A DNA stretch of 64,000 bases, taken from Ostrea edulis. Taxonomy: Eukaryota. The stretch covers positions 71,982,001-72,046,000 of the forward strand of contig NC_079165.1 in the NCBI RefSeq assembly GCF_947568905.1. Direction: 5' to 3'. The notes under the pieces were generated by a model. It saw only the letters and a program-made list of their open reading frames with translations. It searched no databases and had not been told where the DNA came from. The translations under genes and the position numbers were made by a program. Every line of letters begins with the position of its first letter. The first letter of the stretch is position 1. Below, one piece after another: positions 61,536-64,000 of this stretch.

Positions 61536-64000
61536 CTGTATGAGCATATCGAAAGTAGAGGGTTGAGTATCACTTACATGTACATGTATTTGAGAAATCA
61601 TCAGCTGATATGATTAATTCGATCAAAGCGAATCAGGTGAAACTTAATGGAATAGAATCATATTTCTAGTCCTTTACCAAACTATAACTTGTGTATACAT
61701 GAATATAGATAAGTACAATTACGTTACGGTTTTTGGTGAAGATGTTAGGTCTTCAGAGACAAGTTAATGTCAACTTCAGACCCTAATGTACTTATCAAAT
61801 TGTGTAGTTTTATATCTAAAATATATGACCAATTCTGTCCTCCTTAACTCATTTTATGTATATAAAACAACTCCCTGCTTTTTTCACGTGTACCTTGCAT
61901 ATAATATATTCTATTTGTAAATATTGTATATATTGTACCTCATGTACCATAATATGGTGTGAGTGAATAAAGTAAACTAAACTGACATGTGACTGTACCA
62001 ACAAAACAGAAACTTCTACCAATGTCAAAATCAAAACTTAAACTCCATCTGCAGACCCTATGTTGTTTTCTTACCACCACTCCATCCTTCACCTGCAGGG
62101 CGACAGGAGTGAGGTGTACATTTACGTATATTATATAAATATATTCTGAAACATTTTATCATTGCATAGATTGGATTATTTTAATACAGTTTTATGGGGA
62201 TTCAAGTGCGATTAAGCAAAAACAGCTAATCAAGAGCGAGAAAGTGATAATTTAAAATCTCTCTCACACTCGCTCCCTCATATGCACACCCTCCGTTGTT
62301 TTGTCAACCTTGAGCCCCCCCCCCCCCCCTCCCCCTTAATGCCTTAGCTGCACTGCCGTGCAAATCACTTTAGTTGAGAAAGGAGCGAGTAGCCCTTATA
62401 GAAAACCATAAGATCCCACTCAAAATTTTAATCTTACTTTGTATCAATTTAGGCCTAGTTCTACCGATAAATTTCGTGGTAAATACATTTCTAATTGTCA
62501 ACAGCACAGTAACTGCAGATGACACCCTATGATTTTCCATGTTGCTCTTTGATTTCCATGTTGCTCTTTGATATACCGAGTTCAAACGTTGTCATTTTTT
62601 CTCAAATGGCTAGAGATGGGGTTGCCTTACTTGTATACATTGTAAACATACATCTATAATAGCAATACATTCAAAACCAATATAATAACACTTAGTTGGA
62701 TAATTAAGGCAAACATCATTAATGGATGTATAATTTCAGCCCGACCCTTTTTTCTAATTTCAAAATTACCTCCAAAATACGATTAACTATGTATAACGAA
62801 TTATATATTGTATTGCCCAAGTTGCGTGGTTTAAGCAAATTAACCTTTTTTCATACAATGTACATGTATATATATACACATTTACGAATTACCCCCGCGT
62901 TATTAAACTTTTTAAAAGAATTAAGTAGTAACAGATATGATTTTGATAAGCCAGTCATTGTTACACTAGGTGTCAAAAGTAATAGAATAAGTATGTTCGT
63001 GCCGTACGGCTATTTTTCGTATCAAATGTCTCGGCGTTGGCTAATTGCAGCAGTCGTAAAAAAAATCAGAACATCAAAACAGACCGAAAAGATAAGATAG
63101 TCATCAGTGTAAAATACCACTTATTTTCTAAATTAGAATTTGGCCGTCTCTTTCATAGGGTTCTTTTTCTTCTTCTTAAATATATCAATTTTTATTTTGA
63201 ATGAAGGATGAAACTTATGGATAATTTTGAACATAGTAGGTAAAGACTATCGTCGGTCTTTATGTACTAAATTGAGGTTTCGGTTATTTAATTTCTTCTT
63301 TTAAGAAATTTGCAGAAAAGCCGATGAAAATGATCAGTGAAGGTTAAAAAATATATCATCGGCCTTTTTGTATTAAAATTGAAGTTTCGGCTAATTAATT
63401 TCTTTCTTTAAGAAATTTGCAGTGAAGTCGATGAAATGATCCCCGAATTAATTATTATCTAGGACCCCCTGGATATTTTTTATCATTTCATATGTAAAGT
63501 ATGGATAACTTCTTTACATCTTAAAAGCTATACCAACTGTAATATTGAATTACTTAAATGTCATCAATCTATAAATCAATCTCTCACATGTATGTATTAT
63601 TTTCTCAATGATTTGCGAATTTTCATAATTTCATCCCCTTTCAAAAACAAAATACACCCCACCAAAACAAAACAAAACAAAAGCAAAACCAAACCAAAAA
63701 ACCGCTTAAAATGTACGCCAAAGGAAAGACAATACTCTAAACGGTTTACTCATAGTACACATGAATGAATCAAATGCCAATTAATAAAACAGAATACATT
63801 CTATACTTTAACTAAATCATAACTACAGTGCTCATAAGTATGTGTGTATGTTCAATGTATACATGTGTATTCAGCTCGATTTTTACTAGCATTTTAATTT
63901 CCACACAATAAATGTGTTCACTATGCTATATTTAATGTATTCCTGGTGTAGCTGCATGAGCATTCAACAAACAGCATTTCTGTAAATACTCATATAATAA

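Noticed and set aside
52100-64000. A seventh Mieap paralog or other gene in the last 12 kb
   Set aside because: I found no LYDNEW, QDPP or VWP motifs on either strand. The region appears to be repeats and AT-rich spacer.

Overview
AT-rich animal genomic DNA with spliceosomal GT-AG introns. The repeat content and TACATGTA enrichment suggest a bivalve, probably an oyster (inference). The main feature is a head-to-tail array of six divergent minus-strand paralogs (A-F, about 5.6-52 kb) with a mitochondria-eating protein (Mieap/SPATA18-like) C-terminal domain. I rebuilt them exon by exon; they share a four-exon core with conserved intron phases. C, D, E and F read through without stops, B is frameshifted in its 5' half, and A lacks a clean 5' end. 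Interspersed elements are a decayed Crypton-type tyrosine recombinase, a nearly intact DD41D (rosa/Visitor) Tc1/mariner transposon, about 12 fragments of a Penelope-like retroelement (mostly 3' ends), a SINE-like family, MITEs/foldbacks and minisatellites. The most striking non-coding feature is a pair of type I hammerhead ribozymes in tandem, 349 nt apart (44034-44435, minus strand), each with a palindromic 'dimer-type' stem III. This is the architecture of a non-LTR retrozyme predicted to yield a circular RNA of about 349 nt. A second pattern is that tandem repeats in this gene array repeatedly originate on splice junctions. One example is a 7x36-bp array of in-frame splice acceptors in gene C. 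All calls were made by eye, with no database searches.
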